Positions 19,899 to 29,359 of a stretch of DNA of 64,000 bases are shown in pieces (the first letter of the stretch is position 1; the number at the start of each line of letters is the position of its first letter). The stretch spans positions 5,987-69,986 of the forward strand of contig JAFGFI010000143.1 of assembly GCA_016931185.1 (NCBI GenBank), given 5' to 3'. Position numbers and translations under genes: made by a program. Under the pieces are notes generated by a model. The model saw only the letters and a program-made list of their open reading frames with translations. It searched no databases and had not been told where the DNA came from. Origin of the DNA: Anaerolineae bacterium. Lineage in GTDB: Bacteria > Chloroflexota > Anaerolineae > B4-G1 > SLSP01.

Positions 19899-22601
19899 CT
19901 ATGCTGTGAACCATCGTCGAATGAGTTCTACTTGAAAGCGATACCCATCTTCAACCTGTTCGATTAATTCACGTTGGATAAGTGCGTTAAGTGCTGCGGT
20001 TATATTTTTAGTATTGAGGGAACTGAGTGTTGTCAGGTTGGCGGCTATACCCTCTCCCTGGGATGCCACTATGCGCAGGATGGACAATCCTGCTTTATCT
20101 ACCTGGTTGCGTTCGATGTCTGCAAAGAAGAAACTGCCCCGGCTTAGTGCTTCCGGGATAGCCGCTTCTACATCTTCCATGCGCGCCAGCCGGCGCAGCG
20201 CGGGAGGCTGGTCATTTTTGAGGGTGACGATTTCTGAACAGAGCAATTGTATCAGGGCCGGATGTCCGTGGGTGAGAGCTACGATTCGTGAGACCGCGTC
20301 CGGTTCATAGCGTAAGGGAAAACCCTTGATAGGATGTTCGATAAGTTGGCGGGTTTCGTCTTCTTTTAAGTAGCCGATGTGAATGACCTGGATATTGATC
20401 AGGTATGAGGCCCAACGCTGGAAAGCCTCCAGAGTGTGTGACCCGGCTAACAACACTTTGAAGTGTGGTCGATGTTGGATCAGATGGCGCAACATGCCCA
20501 GGATAGCTTCTTCTTCAAAGTGTCCATTGGCCATAACATTCTCCAAGACTTCAAATTCATCCAACGCGAGTAACGCGGTTGCTTGTCCTAGTGTGGCTTC
20601 AATTTGGTCCAGCCATTCATCAAAGTATGTGAAGGGATCTCGTGCTAATGTCTCACGTGATAATGGGGGAAATGTAAGTCCTCGTTGTCGCTCGGCAGAG
20701 AGACTCATACCGCGCGCGAGATTATAGCAAAATCCGGCGTAGTCACTGGCTTGTGATGCTGGCCCTTGTAAATCTACGAAGAGCGGGACGATGGTGCTAG
20801 GAAGTAGGCGTCCCAGGTTATTCAGCAGCGAGGTTTTCCCCATCCGGCGTTGTCCATAAAGCAATAAAGGCGGGCGGCGGCGGTCTAGTAGAAGTTGCTC
20901 GACACGCGCGCTGATATCAGTGCGTCCGACGAAGATTTCTTGTTGCGCAGTCAAGGGCATCCCAATAATGTAGGGATTATCAATTTCCTGACGTTGTTCC
21001 ACCGTTTCTGTAAGTGCGTGAATGTGATGAGTGACCATTTGTCGCCATTGTACGACAATGGGGTGAAACCGTGTTGCGTAACGCTCATTACTTCGGGTGA
21101 GTTCGCGCTGTAGGCCATCCAATTTCTCCTCAATCGCATACAGGGCTAATCGTTGATTGTAGATGCTTTCCTGGTGGATGGCCGCTTCTATATCTTGGCT
21201 GAGACGGCTAAAACTGCGCAGGAGCGCGCTGACAGGGCCATTTAACGTTCCGGCAGCCAATCGCTGGTGGACATTGCTTAATGTTTCGAGTGTAGTACAC
21301 TGAGACAGCGTGCGGGCGTCAAGTTCGATTTGCGCAGCTTGGGCGGCCCAGCGTTGAGGGCTTTCGGTGAGGAATGTCATAGCGGCCTGTCCCTCGCCGG
21401 ATGCATGTTCTAGAACGTGGATGAGATAGTTCTCCAGGCCATATAGTGGTAGTCGCTGGTGTTCGTCCCAAAAGGCAGAGTGCCAGCGCAGGTGTGGCGT
21501 ATAGGAGGGGGACATTGGGTTTTCATCGGTTTTGTACAGCAGGAAATCCCAGGCGGCTGTGAATGGGTAGAGGAGAATAGGTCGCCACCAGTTGATGGTC
21601 AATCCCAAGATAACGCCCAGCGCGCCTAGTGGGAACAAAGGCCAGAGAGATGCTTCAGGGGAGACAGTTATCAGAACAGCCAACCACCCTCCACCACCTA
21701 GTGCGCCTGCTACTGTGCCAGCCCAGTCGGGTACGATGAGCCGGACGACGGCATAAGGTAAGGTACAGAGGATGCTGAAGATGGCGCCTTCGGCCCAACT
21801 GTAACTTACACTCTCGGATATGGTTTGTAGTAAGGTGAAGATAACCCCGCTGGTGAGACCATAGAGTAGTCCGTAGCCTATGCCACGCTGCCAACTGCGC
21901 GTTCGCAATCCACACGCGATGCTGATAGCGATGCTTTCCATAACACTAAAGGTTACACCGTAAACTACACTGGTGGCGATGAGGATGGCAAGTCCGAAGG
22001 CGAAACCACTGCTAATGACACCAATAACAACTCCGCCGACTTGCCGAGTGAGTGAGTAGGTGGGCGACCGCCGTTCGCCACTTTCTAACATACCAAAAGC
22101 TAGTCCCACGGCGATACTTAGTGCCATCCCTTCTATAACTGGGTCGAGTGCAAGCCCGACGGCGAGACCTGTTGTGAGACCAGCGAGCAAGCCAATCGCC
22201 AGGTTGGCAGCAAGCCCGGTGGCGGTGCCAATCGCAATGCCAAACGCGGCCCCCTCCGCGATACAAGAAAGAATATGTAGATCGCTGTTGCGCCCATTTT
22301 GCCCTGATAACCATAGCCCTAACCCAATGCTCGCGCAAATCCAGAGCGGCCAGATGCCATATCCGATAAGGAGCAGCCGTCGTAAGATCGGATGTTGCCA
22401 ATGGCCGCGGTGTAACTCGGCCAGGCAGAAGTCAGGAGAGAGTGTGTCGCCTTCAATGTTGATACGGGCGATGTGGTGTCGCCAGGCCGAGGGATGCAAA
22501 AAGAGCCAGACTAGCAACTGTAAACTGCCCGGTAGTAAGTGTCGGGATAACTCCGGGGCGTGCGTATAAGCGTTCTTTACGCTACTATTCTTAACTCGCA
22601 A
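19899..22601 (-). CDS. polytopic glycine-zipper membrane domain fused to a helical linker, a P-loop ATPase (AAA_16/ATPase_2-like) and a C-terminal winged-helix-like domain
   Basis: N-terminal ~350 aa has many hydrophobic spans rich in GxxxG/AxxxG (GAAFGIAIGTATGLAANLAIGLLAGLTTGLAVGLA). FVGRTD...LLLYGQRRMGKTSLL (Walker A), LLALDEFE (Walker B). C-terminus ALIQRELIEQVEDGYRFQVELIRRWF. TTG start 3 nt after the upstream stop. Confidence 0.8.
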   Translation of the reverse strand: MRVKNSSVKNAYTHAPELSRHLLPGSLQLLVWLFLHPSAWRHHIARINIEGDTLSPDFCLAELHRGHWQHPILRRLLLIGYGIWPLWICASIGLGLWLSGQNGRNSDLHILSCIAEGAAFGIAIGTATGLAANLAIGLLAGLTTGLAVGLALDPVIEGMALSIAVGLAFGMLESGERRSPTYSLTRQVGGVVIGVISSGFAFGLAILIATSVVYGVTFSVMESIAISIACGLRTRSWQRGIGYGLLYGLTSGVIFTLLQTISESVSYSWAEGAIFSILCTLPYAVVRLIVPDWAGTVAGALGGGGWLAVLITVSPEASLWPLFPLGALGVILGLTINWWRPILLYPFTAAWDFLLYKTDENPMSPSYTPHLRWHSAFWDEHQRLPLYGLENYLIHVLEHASGEGQAAMTFLTESPQRWAAQAAQIELDARTLSQCTTLETLSNVHQRLAAGTLNGPVSALLRSFSRLSQDIEAAIHQESIYNQRLALYAIEEKLDGLQRELTRSNERYATRFHPIVVQWRQMVTHHIHALTETVEQRQEIDNPYIIGMPLTAQQEIFVGRTDISARVEQLLLDRRRPPLLLYGQRRMGKTSLLNNLGRLLPSTIVPLFVDLQGPASQASDYAGFCYNLARGMSLSAERQRGLTFPPLSRETLARDPFTYFDEWLDQIEATLGQATALLALDEFEVLENVMANGHFEEEAILGMLRHLIQHRPHFKVLLAGSHTLEAFQRWASYLINIQVIHIGYLKEDETRQLIEHPIKGFPLRYEPDAVSRIVALTHGHPALIQLLCSEIVTLKNDQPPALRRLARMEDVEAAIPEALSRGSFFFADIERNQVDKAGLSILRIVASQGEGIAANLTTLSSLNTKNITAALNALIQRELIEQVEDGYRFQVELIRRWFTA

Positions 22602-22604
22602 CTC

Positions 22605-23759
22605 CTAACTCCTAAAAGCCTCGATCTGCCATAATCCTTCTTCCTTCCATGCATTGCTGGTGTTACCTTCTTCCAATGCAGTGAGGCGCACTTGACAAAG
22701 AATTTGGAGGAGGCAGGGCCAACACTCGCTTGTTTTTATGATCCACGTGACATCATCAGAGGAAAATGGCCGGGGAGAACTGGCGATCAGTTCGCGAGCG
22801 CTGGCTTCGGGAAATGGCCCTAAGGATAGAGTGTGGAAGATATTGAAGAAGGGCGAGGGCTTGCCATAATGATCGGCCAGGGACATGGGGTGTTCATGCG
22901 CGGTAATGAGGAAGGCCAGATTGCCGGTGGCATAAGTGCTGACCAGGGAACGCAGACTCCACCAGAACGGCTCATCCAGTTCGGGAGAAGCTAGGCCGGC
23001 TCCGATCTCGTCCATCAAGATTACAGTTGGATTTTGTAAATGACGACTGACGATGTCCATAAAGGCATCCAGGGTACATGGAGTGGGGATAGGATAATTG
23101 AGTTGGCTTAGAAGATAATGTAGCAATCGTTCGCGCTCTTGCATTCGTGCGTCCTGGAAATCGACCAATACCCACCGGTACTGTTCTGGATGTGGAAGCC
23201 AATCATGACACTGATTGGGACGTAGTTCTGTTGCAGGCGTTCGTGTAATGGCATAAACTTGGTGTAGGAGGGAAGTCTTACCACTACGCTTGGGACCGAT
23301 GACGGCTACATGTTGCATTGGGAATCGTCGCCACAGGTCGAAGATGCGACGTAACTCGCGTTCGCGGTTAAAGAACTGATGCGGCAATGTAATAGGGGGA
23401 CCGGCAACGAAGGGACTGAATTCATGCCACTGTGTCTTAAGCCTGGCTGCTTCGCGCCCAATTGCGCGGGGTAATTGCGAAAGCACGGATTTAGGATGAG
23501 GATGATTGCCGTGTTGTAAAAACTGCTCGCACTCTATCAGATTCAACCCGCCGCGTTGTGCAAGGGTTTGGGTGAGTGTTGTCAAATCTACTATTTCCGC
23601 CGGGATGTGGCCTTTACGCCAATATTCAATGCAGGATCCCCCCTCTCGTCCCAGCATATAGCCCAGTTCGTCCTGCACCCCGGCGATAGTTTTATGCTCG
23701 CGGGCAGCGATAGTGCGCACAGCAGTAGTAAGCAGGTCTGCGAAACGTGATTTACTCAT
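22605..23759 (-). CDS. XRE-like HTH domain fused to a P-loop ATPase (paralogous to the ATPase of the downstream gene)
   Basis: N-terminus KTIAGVQDELGYMLGREGGSCIEYWRKGHIP resembles an XRE HTH. FFNRERELRRI...VAVIGPKRSGKTSLL (Walker A), VILMDEIG (Walker B). Confidence 0.8.
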   Translation of the reverse strand: MSKSRFADLLTTAVRTIAAREHKTIAGVQDELGYMLGREGGSCIEYWRKGHIPAEIVDLTTLTQTLAQRGGLNLIECEQFLQHGNHPHPKSVLSQLPRAIGREAARLKTQWHEFSPFVAGPPITLPHQFFNRERELRRIFDLWRRFPMQHVAVIGPKRSGKTSLLHQVYAITRTPATELRPNQCHDWLPHPEQYRWVLVDFQDARMQERERLLHYLLSQLNYPIPTPCTLDAFMDIVSRHLQNPTVILMDEIGAGLASPELDEPFWWSLRSLVSTYATGNLAFLITAHEHPMSLADHYGKPSPFFNIFHTLSLGPFPEASARELIASSPRPFSSDDVTWIIKTSECWPCLLQILCQVRLTALEEGNTSNAWKEEGLWQIEAFRS

Positions 23760-23883
23760 ATATCTCCGGAAAGTTAGGCTGCCTGGAAAGTCTGTCCTAC
23801 TTCGAAAAGCCGGACTGCACCTCGGAGTGAAACTTCTGACTCCGAAGTGTTACGTTGTTCTACAATAAGGTTGACTTGAGATG

Positions 23884-23912
23884 ATTATATGAGGGTTTGT
23901 GGATTTTCGCAA
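23884..23912 (-). promoter_or_regulatory. candidate sigma70-type promoter for the HTH-ATPase operon
   Basis: On the minus strand: TTGCGA (23912-23907), 17 nt spacer, TATAAT (23889-23884). This leaves a ~117-nt leader containing a 7-bp hairpin (tcggagt/actccga, about 23822-23846). Confidence 0.35.
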
Positions 23913-23937
23913 CAGAGTGCGGGTAAGGAGGTGCGTG

Positions 23938-24150
23938 ATGGTGAAATGGATTCGTGAATGGTTTACCCTATCGGTATTGGTACTCTTGAGTTTCTGCCTG
24001 GTTATACTGTTTTGGGCGACCTGGCCGCTGTTATCCAGTCGTCTGCTGGCCCTTCCCGGTCTGGTTCTGAACCAGGAAGCTATCACTGCGATTGCGATGT
24101 TGTTTTTCATTGTAATTGGATACATAAAGTTGTTATGTGGTAAGAATTGA
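23938..24150 (+). CDS. small (70 aa) two-TM membrane protein
   Basis: ATG 23938 lies 6 nt after a perfect AAGGAGG. Two hydrophobic helices. Followed by the terminator at 24181. No recognisable family. Confidence 0.45.
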   Translation: MVKWIREWFTLSVLVLLSFCLVILFWATWPLLSSRLLALPGLVLNQEAITAIAMLFFIVIGYIKLLCGKN

Positions 24151-24180
24151 TGATCTGAGTGGCATATCAGTTATTCATCT

Positions 24181-24218
24181 AATGAGCAAGGTTCAAAAGC
24201 CTTGCTCATTTGTGTTTC
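24181..24218 (+). terminator. intrinsic terminator
   Basis: Stem aatgagcaagg/ccttgctcatt with an 8-nt loop, followed by TGTGTTT. Confidence 0.55.
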
Positions 24219-24365
24219 TACAAAAACTGGGATATATTGGAGATGAATTCGAAAAGTATATACATTTGGTAAGTGGATGATAATCCGGCGAAAGAACGTT
24301 AAGACGAAAATACACCAAAAACTTTCAACCTTTGACTTTCAACTATTTTTTGGGGGAGGGTAGCT

Positions 24366-26726
24366 ATGGATACAAAGGGCGAACAGTTTCACGATTTTCC
24401 TGTTTCTCGTAAATGGCGCGCGATGTGGATTTGGATGCCCGGTGAACCTGATGTACCGAATTCGTTTTACCTGTTTCGTAAGGAACTAAATCTGGCGCAG
24501 ACGGCGGGATTGCGTCTGCATATTGCTGCTGGTACATGTTATCGGCTTTACATTAACGGGCAGTTTGTGGGGCGGGGTGTGCCTCAATCGCAATCATTCT
24601 TCCAGTACTATGGTACCTGGGGAGTGGAAGACTATCTGGCAGAAGGCATGAACTGTATCGGCATCATTGTCAATTATGTGGGTAATCTGGCGGATACACG
24701 TGGTGGCCTCTTATTGGAGGTGGAGGATGCAGCAGGAGGATTTGTATTAGCCTCGGGACCAGAGTGGCGTGTAACCCCTGCCACGGCATGGACATCGAAG
24801 CCTTTTCACTTTTGTAGGAATCAGTCTCCCCCTTATCAGGAGATCTTTGATGCTCGTAAGATGCCCCAGGGATGGAATGAAGTCGGGTTTGCAGATGATG
24901 ATTGGCGCTGGGCCGAAGTGCTTCACGGGTGCATTGCAGACTATCCTCCGATGGTTGCTCCGTGGTCGTGTCTGCTCCCCTGTGATATTCCCCCGATGAC
25001 AACAGACTCTATGTTGCCGGTTGCTGTCACTTACACGGAAGAGTGTCTTGATATTGTGCCGCTTGTGCGTGGTGAAGATCTCTCCATCAGCCTTTCCGCA
25101 TCGGGGAAGCCGCTTGTGTGTGCGCGGATCGAAGGGGAGGAGAATCTATGTACTGCCGATGGCGTGACGGTGCTGCAATGTAGTGCTGAATATTTGGATA
25201 GGAGCTTTGACGGTGGCTATAATCCGTGTATTGTCCTTGACTTTGGCCGGGTGATTACGGCCTATCTGCGTGTCAAATTGGAAGGTGTCGCGGGAGGAGT
25301 ATTGGATATTGGCTATGCGGAGCGATTGCTGGATGGACATTTTAACAATGCTATTGAGGGGCAATTGGCCGACCGTTACGTGATGCGCGATGGCCTGCAA
25401 GTTTTCCAGCCCTTTACCTGGAAGACTTTTCGCTATCTAAAACTGCGGTTACGTTCTTGTACGGAACCGGTGACGATCAAATCATTCAAGGCGATGGTTA
25501 CCACTTATCCGTATACAGAGCGAGGTGGGTTTGTTTCTGCTGATGAGACGCTGAATCGGATTTTTGATAGCAGCCGTTATATGCTGCGTTTGCACTCTAA
25601 TAAATTTATTATGGATACATCCTGGTGTGAGCAATTTCAATGCCTTGGAGATGTGACCTCTGTGACACTGGGCGGCATCTATGCTTGTTTTGGAGATACT
25701 GTGCTGCCGGGTAAGTTTCTGCGCCATGCTGCCGCAAATCAGGGACCTATAGGGATGATTTCCAATGTTTCTAACCGTGTTAACTACCCCAAGCAGATCA
25801 CGATCCCTGATTATGCGTTATGGTGGGTAATGGGGTTATGGAATCATTATATGTACACCGGTGAGACGCGCTGGATTCACACTTATTATCCTCACGCGCT
25901 GCGTATTTTCCAAGCACATTTACTTTATGTCAATGCCTATGGATTGATTGAGGATATGCCTTATTGGCCCTTTATTGATGAGGCTGATGTGGATAAGCGT
26001 GGTGAATGTGCGGCTTATAATGCCATTTTCTACGGTGCGTTGGACGTATTGATCCAGATGGCGGCGATGAAGCACGATGTGGCAATGTTTGCCAGGATTG
26101 AGCAGGTACAGGAGTCGCTGCACCAGTATTTCCAACCTCATTTATATGACCCGGAGCGAGGCTGCTTTGCCGATGCGCGAGTGGATGATGTGCTTTCTCC
26201 TAAGGTAAGCGAACACGCGAATATGGCCGCTATTTATTGGGGCTTATGTGATATGGGATTGGCACAGGATATTGTTCACCGTTTTTATGAGGAAAAGAGT
26301 ATCGCTTACATTGAAGCACAATCCTTTTTTAACACGGTGGTGTTGCAAGCTTTGGATCGTATTGGGCGTTTTGATTTGGCGTTGGATGTAATCCGCGCGC
26401 GTTGGAACGTACAGATGACTATGTGCGGTGCAACTTTCGTCTCTGAAGCATGGGGGATGAATAGATGCTGGCGTTCCGGCGAGTATAACGATTTTTTCTG
26501 TACTCATGGCTACACTTGCTCGGCATATCCGGCAGAGTTTCTCATTCGTAACCTGATCGGACTGAAAATTTTGGAGCCGGGTTGTAGGCGGGTGCAACTT
26601 GCTCCACATATCATTGGTTTGGATTATATGGTCACTTTCCCCACTTATTGGGGTGACATCCAGGTGCAGATGAAGGAAGGATCGGTGAGGGTGATAGCTC
26701 CAAAGAATGTTGAGATTGTAATGTGA
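24366..26726 (+). CDS. GH78-like alpha-L-rhamnosidase family protein
   Basis: The N-terminal pattern WRAMWIWMPGEP...FYLFRKELNL...LHIAAGTCYRLYINGQFVGRG is typical of the bacterial rhamnosidase N-domain. Followed by a large six-hairpin-like region. Confidence 0.65.
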   Translation: MDTKGEQFHDFPVSRKWRAMWIWMPGEPDVPNSFYLFRKELNLAQTAGLRLHIAAGTCYRLYINGQFVGRGVPQSQSFFQYYGTWGVEDYLAEGMNCIGIIVNYVGNLADTRGGLLLEVEDAAGGFVLASGPEWRVTPATAWTSKPFHFCRNQSPPYQEIFDARKMPQGWNEVGFADDDWRWAEVLHGCIADYPPMVAPWSCLLPCDIPPMTTDSMLPVAVTYTEECLDIVPLVRGEDLSISLSASGKPLVCARIEGEENLCTADGVTVLQCSAEYLDRSFDGGYNPCIVLDFGRVITAYLRVKLEGVAGGVLDIGYAERLLDGHFNNAIEGQLADRYVMRDGLQVFQPFTWKTFRYLKLRLRSCTEPVTIKSFKAMVTTYPYTERGGFVSADETLNRIFDSSRYMLRLHSNKFIMDTSWCEQFQCLGDVTSVTLGGIYACFGDTVLPGKFLRHAAANQGPIGMISNVSNRVNYPKQITIPDYALWWVMGLWNHYMYTGETRWIHTYYPHALRIFQAHLLYVNAYGLIEDMPYWPFIDEADVDKRGECAAYNAIFYGALDVLIQMAAMKHDVAMFARIEQVQESLHQYFQPHLYDPERGCFADARVDDVLSPKVSEHANMAAIYWGLCDMGLAQDIVHRFYEEKSIAYIEAQSFFNTVVLQALDRIGRFDLALDVIRARWNVQMTMCGATFVSEAWGMNRCWRSGEYNDFFCTHGYTCSAYPAEFLIRNLIGLKILEPGCRRVQLAPHIIGLDYMVTFPTYWGDIQVQMKEGSVRVIAPKNVEIVM

Positions 26727-26751
26727 ACAGAGTCATATAAGGCGGACAAAA

Positions 26752-27351
26752 ATGTCAGAGCATATTCCGAATATTTTAGTTGCAGACGATGATCCGGATC
26801 TTAGAAGAATAATGATAGATTACCTGATGGATTGTGGCTATAGAGTATGGTCAGCTAGTGATGGAGAACAAGTGTTAGCCTTAGCAAGAGAGAATTCGAT
26901 AGATTTTGCCCTCTTAGATGTGGTTATGCCTAAAATATCAGGAGTGGAATTGATTGTTCCTTTGCGTTTGATTCATCCAGGTGTCATTATCATTCTTTTG
27001 ACTGCCTATGGTACGATTCCACAAGCTGTAGAGGCGTTACGGTTGGGAGCTTTTGATTATTTAGAGAAGCCATTGCAACTGGAACGTATGCAAGAAATTA
27101 TCGAAAGAGCATGGGGAGCGAGGGGGGGATACGTGCAAATGCTGAAAAACTTAACTCCTCGCGAGCAGGAAATTATTGAGTTATTAACTGAAGGAAAAAC
27201 AAATGGCGAGATCTCTGATATATTATGTATTAGTATGTATACAGTAACTACCCATGTCCATAATATTTTAACCAAGCTTAATGTTGAGAATCGTATACAG
27301 GCGGCGTTATTGTGGCGGCGTTATGGGGGATCGCAAGAAATTAGTACTTAA
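26752..27351 (+). CDS. response regulator, NarL/LuxR family
   Basis: Receiver domain (DD, LLDVVMP, LTAYG, KP) plus LuxR HTH LTPREQEIIELLTEGKTNGEISDILCISMYTVTTHVHNILTKLNV. Confidence 0.9.
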   Translation: MSEHIPNILVADDDPDLRRIMIDYLMDCGYRVWSASDGEQVLALARENSIDFALLDVVMPKISGVELIVPLRLIHPGVIIILLTAYGTIPQAVEALRLGAFDYLEKPLQLERMQEIIERAWGARGGYVQMLKNLTPREQEIIELLTEGKTNGEISDILCISMYTVTTHVHNILTKLNVENRIQAALLWRRYGGSQEIST

Positions 27352-27522
27352 ATTTATAACCTATTCTATACCTGGAAAAATTTGTTACCTCGCATAGTCA
27401 TAAGAAAATACTTAAGTTTGTGTATAGACAAATCATTGAGGATAAGATAAACTAAGAGGGTTGTTTGCTCGACGTATGTGGGGCGCGAGTATAATTCATA
27501 TTTCTTTAGGAGAGACATCGAA

Positions 27523-27921
27523 GTGCTCAATGAATCCCTTACTCCTACAGCTAATTCACACCGTTGTGTGTTGATTGTAGATGATGACGATGATATGCGT
27601 CTCATTTCTTCCGAGGTCCTAACATACTATGGATATGATCCTCTGGTTGCTGCTGACGGGATGAGTGCGCTAACTCAGGCGACACTCTCCCCGCCCGATG
27701 TCGCATTGGTTGATCTCCTACTCCCTGATATGTCTGGGTTGGAAGTGATGCTCCAACTGAAACAGATGTATCCTCAACTTCCGATCATTATTATGACAGT
27801 ATTGGATACCGATGAACCTCAACTATTCGCCCAACAACATGGAGTTTTTGCCTATATGCTGAAACCAATCTATACTTCAGAAATTGTGAAGGTAGTGCAA
27901 CGCGCATTGTGCGAAATTTGA
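27523..27921 (+). CDS. single-domain (CheY-like) response regulator
   Basis: GTG 27523 follows TAGGAGAG. Motifs VLIVDDDDDM, ALVDLLLPDMSG, IIMT, LKP. Confidence 0.8.
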   Translation: MLNESLTPTANSHRCVLIVDDDDDMRLISSEVLTYYGYDPLVAADGMSALTQATLSPPDVALVDLLLPDMSGLEVMLQLKQMYPQLPIIIMTVLDTDEPQLFAQQHGVFAYMLKPIYTSEIVKVVQRALCEI

Positions 27922-27957
27922 AAATTCAATTTAGATCCCCTTTTGCCCCCTATGTTG

Positions 27958-28157
27958 GTGATGTGGTAACCGTTTAGTTTTGTGAGCGATTACCATTTTT
28001 TGTTACCTGCTCCAGATAGAAACGAGGGTTTAGGGGTGTTTTTTCGTTGGCGGGTGTAGCCCGCCAACGAAAAAACATCTCTTTCCTGCGGCCTTTAGCC
28101 GCTTTGCTGCTGTCAATGGCGTCGTTTGCTCACAAAACTAAACGCATACATGATGTG
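27958..28157. mobile_element. MITE-like element C (core 27966-28149)
   Basis: 22-bp terminal inverted repeat GTAACCGTTTAGTTTTGTGAGC / GCTCACAAAACTAAACGCATAC (20/22). Flanking 8-mers GTGATGTG and ATGATGTG (7/8). Internal perfect 16-bp hairpin at 28039-28075. Confidence 0.55.
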
Positions 28158-28360
28158 TTGCCTCCCACTTTTGGCGACAAATGCGTTAGATGATTGAGCT
28201 AACACGTAAAACGTAATGCGTAAGACGTAAAAACGCTCATGTTTTACATTTTACGACGGTATCCTCTCCAACTGAGATGAAACGTATCCATAAAGTTTCA
28301 CATTTGTATCTTTTCCAAGTGAGGTAAAATATACATAGATTATGATTAAGAAAGGAGATT

Positions 28361-29359
28361 ATGATGACCGTCAAGATTATAGGGAATGTACTCTCTAATA
28401 TTCCATGGGAGGCTAAACCGGCGGGTTGTCGGAATGTAATATGGCGTTATTCTGGGAATCCTGTGATTCCGCGTGATCTGATTCCTAATTCTAATAGCAT
28501 TTTTAACAGTGCGGTGGTGCCGTACCAGGGCAAGTTTGCAGGGGTCTTCCGTGTGGATGATACCGGACGCCAGATGCAATTGCATGCCGGCCATAGTGAG
28601 GATGGGATTACCTGGAATTTGACTCCAAAGCGCATTGAGTTCGCGTGTGATGCAACGTTGTGTAATTGTGCGGAGGTGAACCATTTCGTTTATGGATATG
28701 ATCCTCGCGTGGTCTGGATTGAAGATCGGTATTATGTAACCTGGTGTAACTGGTTCCACGGCCCAACTATCGGGGTGGGCTATACGTATGACTTCGAAAC
28801 GTTTTATCAGTTGGAGAATGCTTTCCTCCCCTTCAACCGTAACGGCGTGTTGTTCCCTCGCAAGATTAACGGGAACTTTGCGATGGTAAGTCGTCCCAGT
28901 GATAATGGGCACACACCCTTTGGGGATATTTTCTACAGCGAAAGTCCCGATATGCGTTATTGGGGGAATCATCGTTATGTATTTGGTACCTCAGGGGGAT
29001 GGCAAAGCACTAAAGTGGGTGCTGGTCCGATTCCTATTGAGACGGATGAGGGATGGCTGTTAATTTATCATGGTGTGTTGACTTCGTGCAATGGTTTTGT
29101 TTATAGTATGGGCGCTGCGTTGCTTGACCTGGATGAACCATGGAAGGTAATCGTGCGTGGTCGGTGTTATTTACTATCCCCGCAAACTGTATATGAATGT
29201 GTGGGGGATGTGCCAAATGTTGCTTTCCCTTGTGCCGCATTGTGCGATGCAGATACAGGCCGCCTGGCAATCTACTACGGCGGCGCAGATACGGTGGTAG
29301 CGTTGGCCTTCACGTATGTACAGGATGTACTCGACTTCATTCGTGAGGATGCATTATGA
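28361..29359 (+). CDS. GH130 family glycoside phosphorylase/hydrolase (beta-mannoside type)
   Basis: The pattern [12 protein letters not shown]...[23 protein letters not shown]...[20 protein letters not shown] is typical of GH130 five-bladed propeller enzymes. RBS AAAGGAG. Confidence 0.85.
   Translation: MMTVKIIGNVLSNIPWEAKPAGCRNVIWRYSGNPVIPRDLIPNSNSIFNSAVVPYQGKFAGVFRVDDTGRQMQLHAGHSEDGITWNLTPKRIEFACDATLCNCAEVNHFVYGYDPRVVWIEDRYYVTWCNWFHGPTIGVGYTYDFETFYQLENAFLPFNRNGVLFPRKINGNFAMVSRPSDNGHTPFGDIFYSESPDMRYWGNHRYVFGTSGGWQSTKVGAGPIPIETDEGWLLIYHGVLTSCNGFVYSMGAALLDLDEPWKVIVRGRCYLLSPQTVYECVGDVPNVAFPCAALCDADTGRLAIYYGGADTVVALAFTYVQDVLDFIREDAL

Noticed and set aside
23871-23876. TTGACT as the -35 of a plus-strand promoter for the 70-aa membrane protein gene
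   Set aside because: No acceptable -10 hexamer lies 16-18 nt downstream.
27958-27975. GTGGTAACCG resembling the T-box core (GGUGGUACCGCG) upstream of the glnS-containing operon
   Set aside because: The match has an extra base. It lies at the far 5' end, as part of the terminal inverted repeat of MITE C, and not next to a terminator/antiterminator. No specifier-loop architecture is visible.
28346-28972. 208-aa ORF antisense to the GH130 gene. Similar long antisense or alternate-frame ORFs include 2264-2809, 3719-4180, 46870-47574, 57679-58239 and 22060-22569.
   Set aside because: Each lies completely inside a CDS with strong family motifs on the other strand or frame. None has a recognisable motif or RBS. 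Their compositions (R/H/P-rich) are typical of shadow ORFs.
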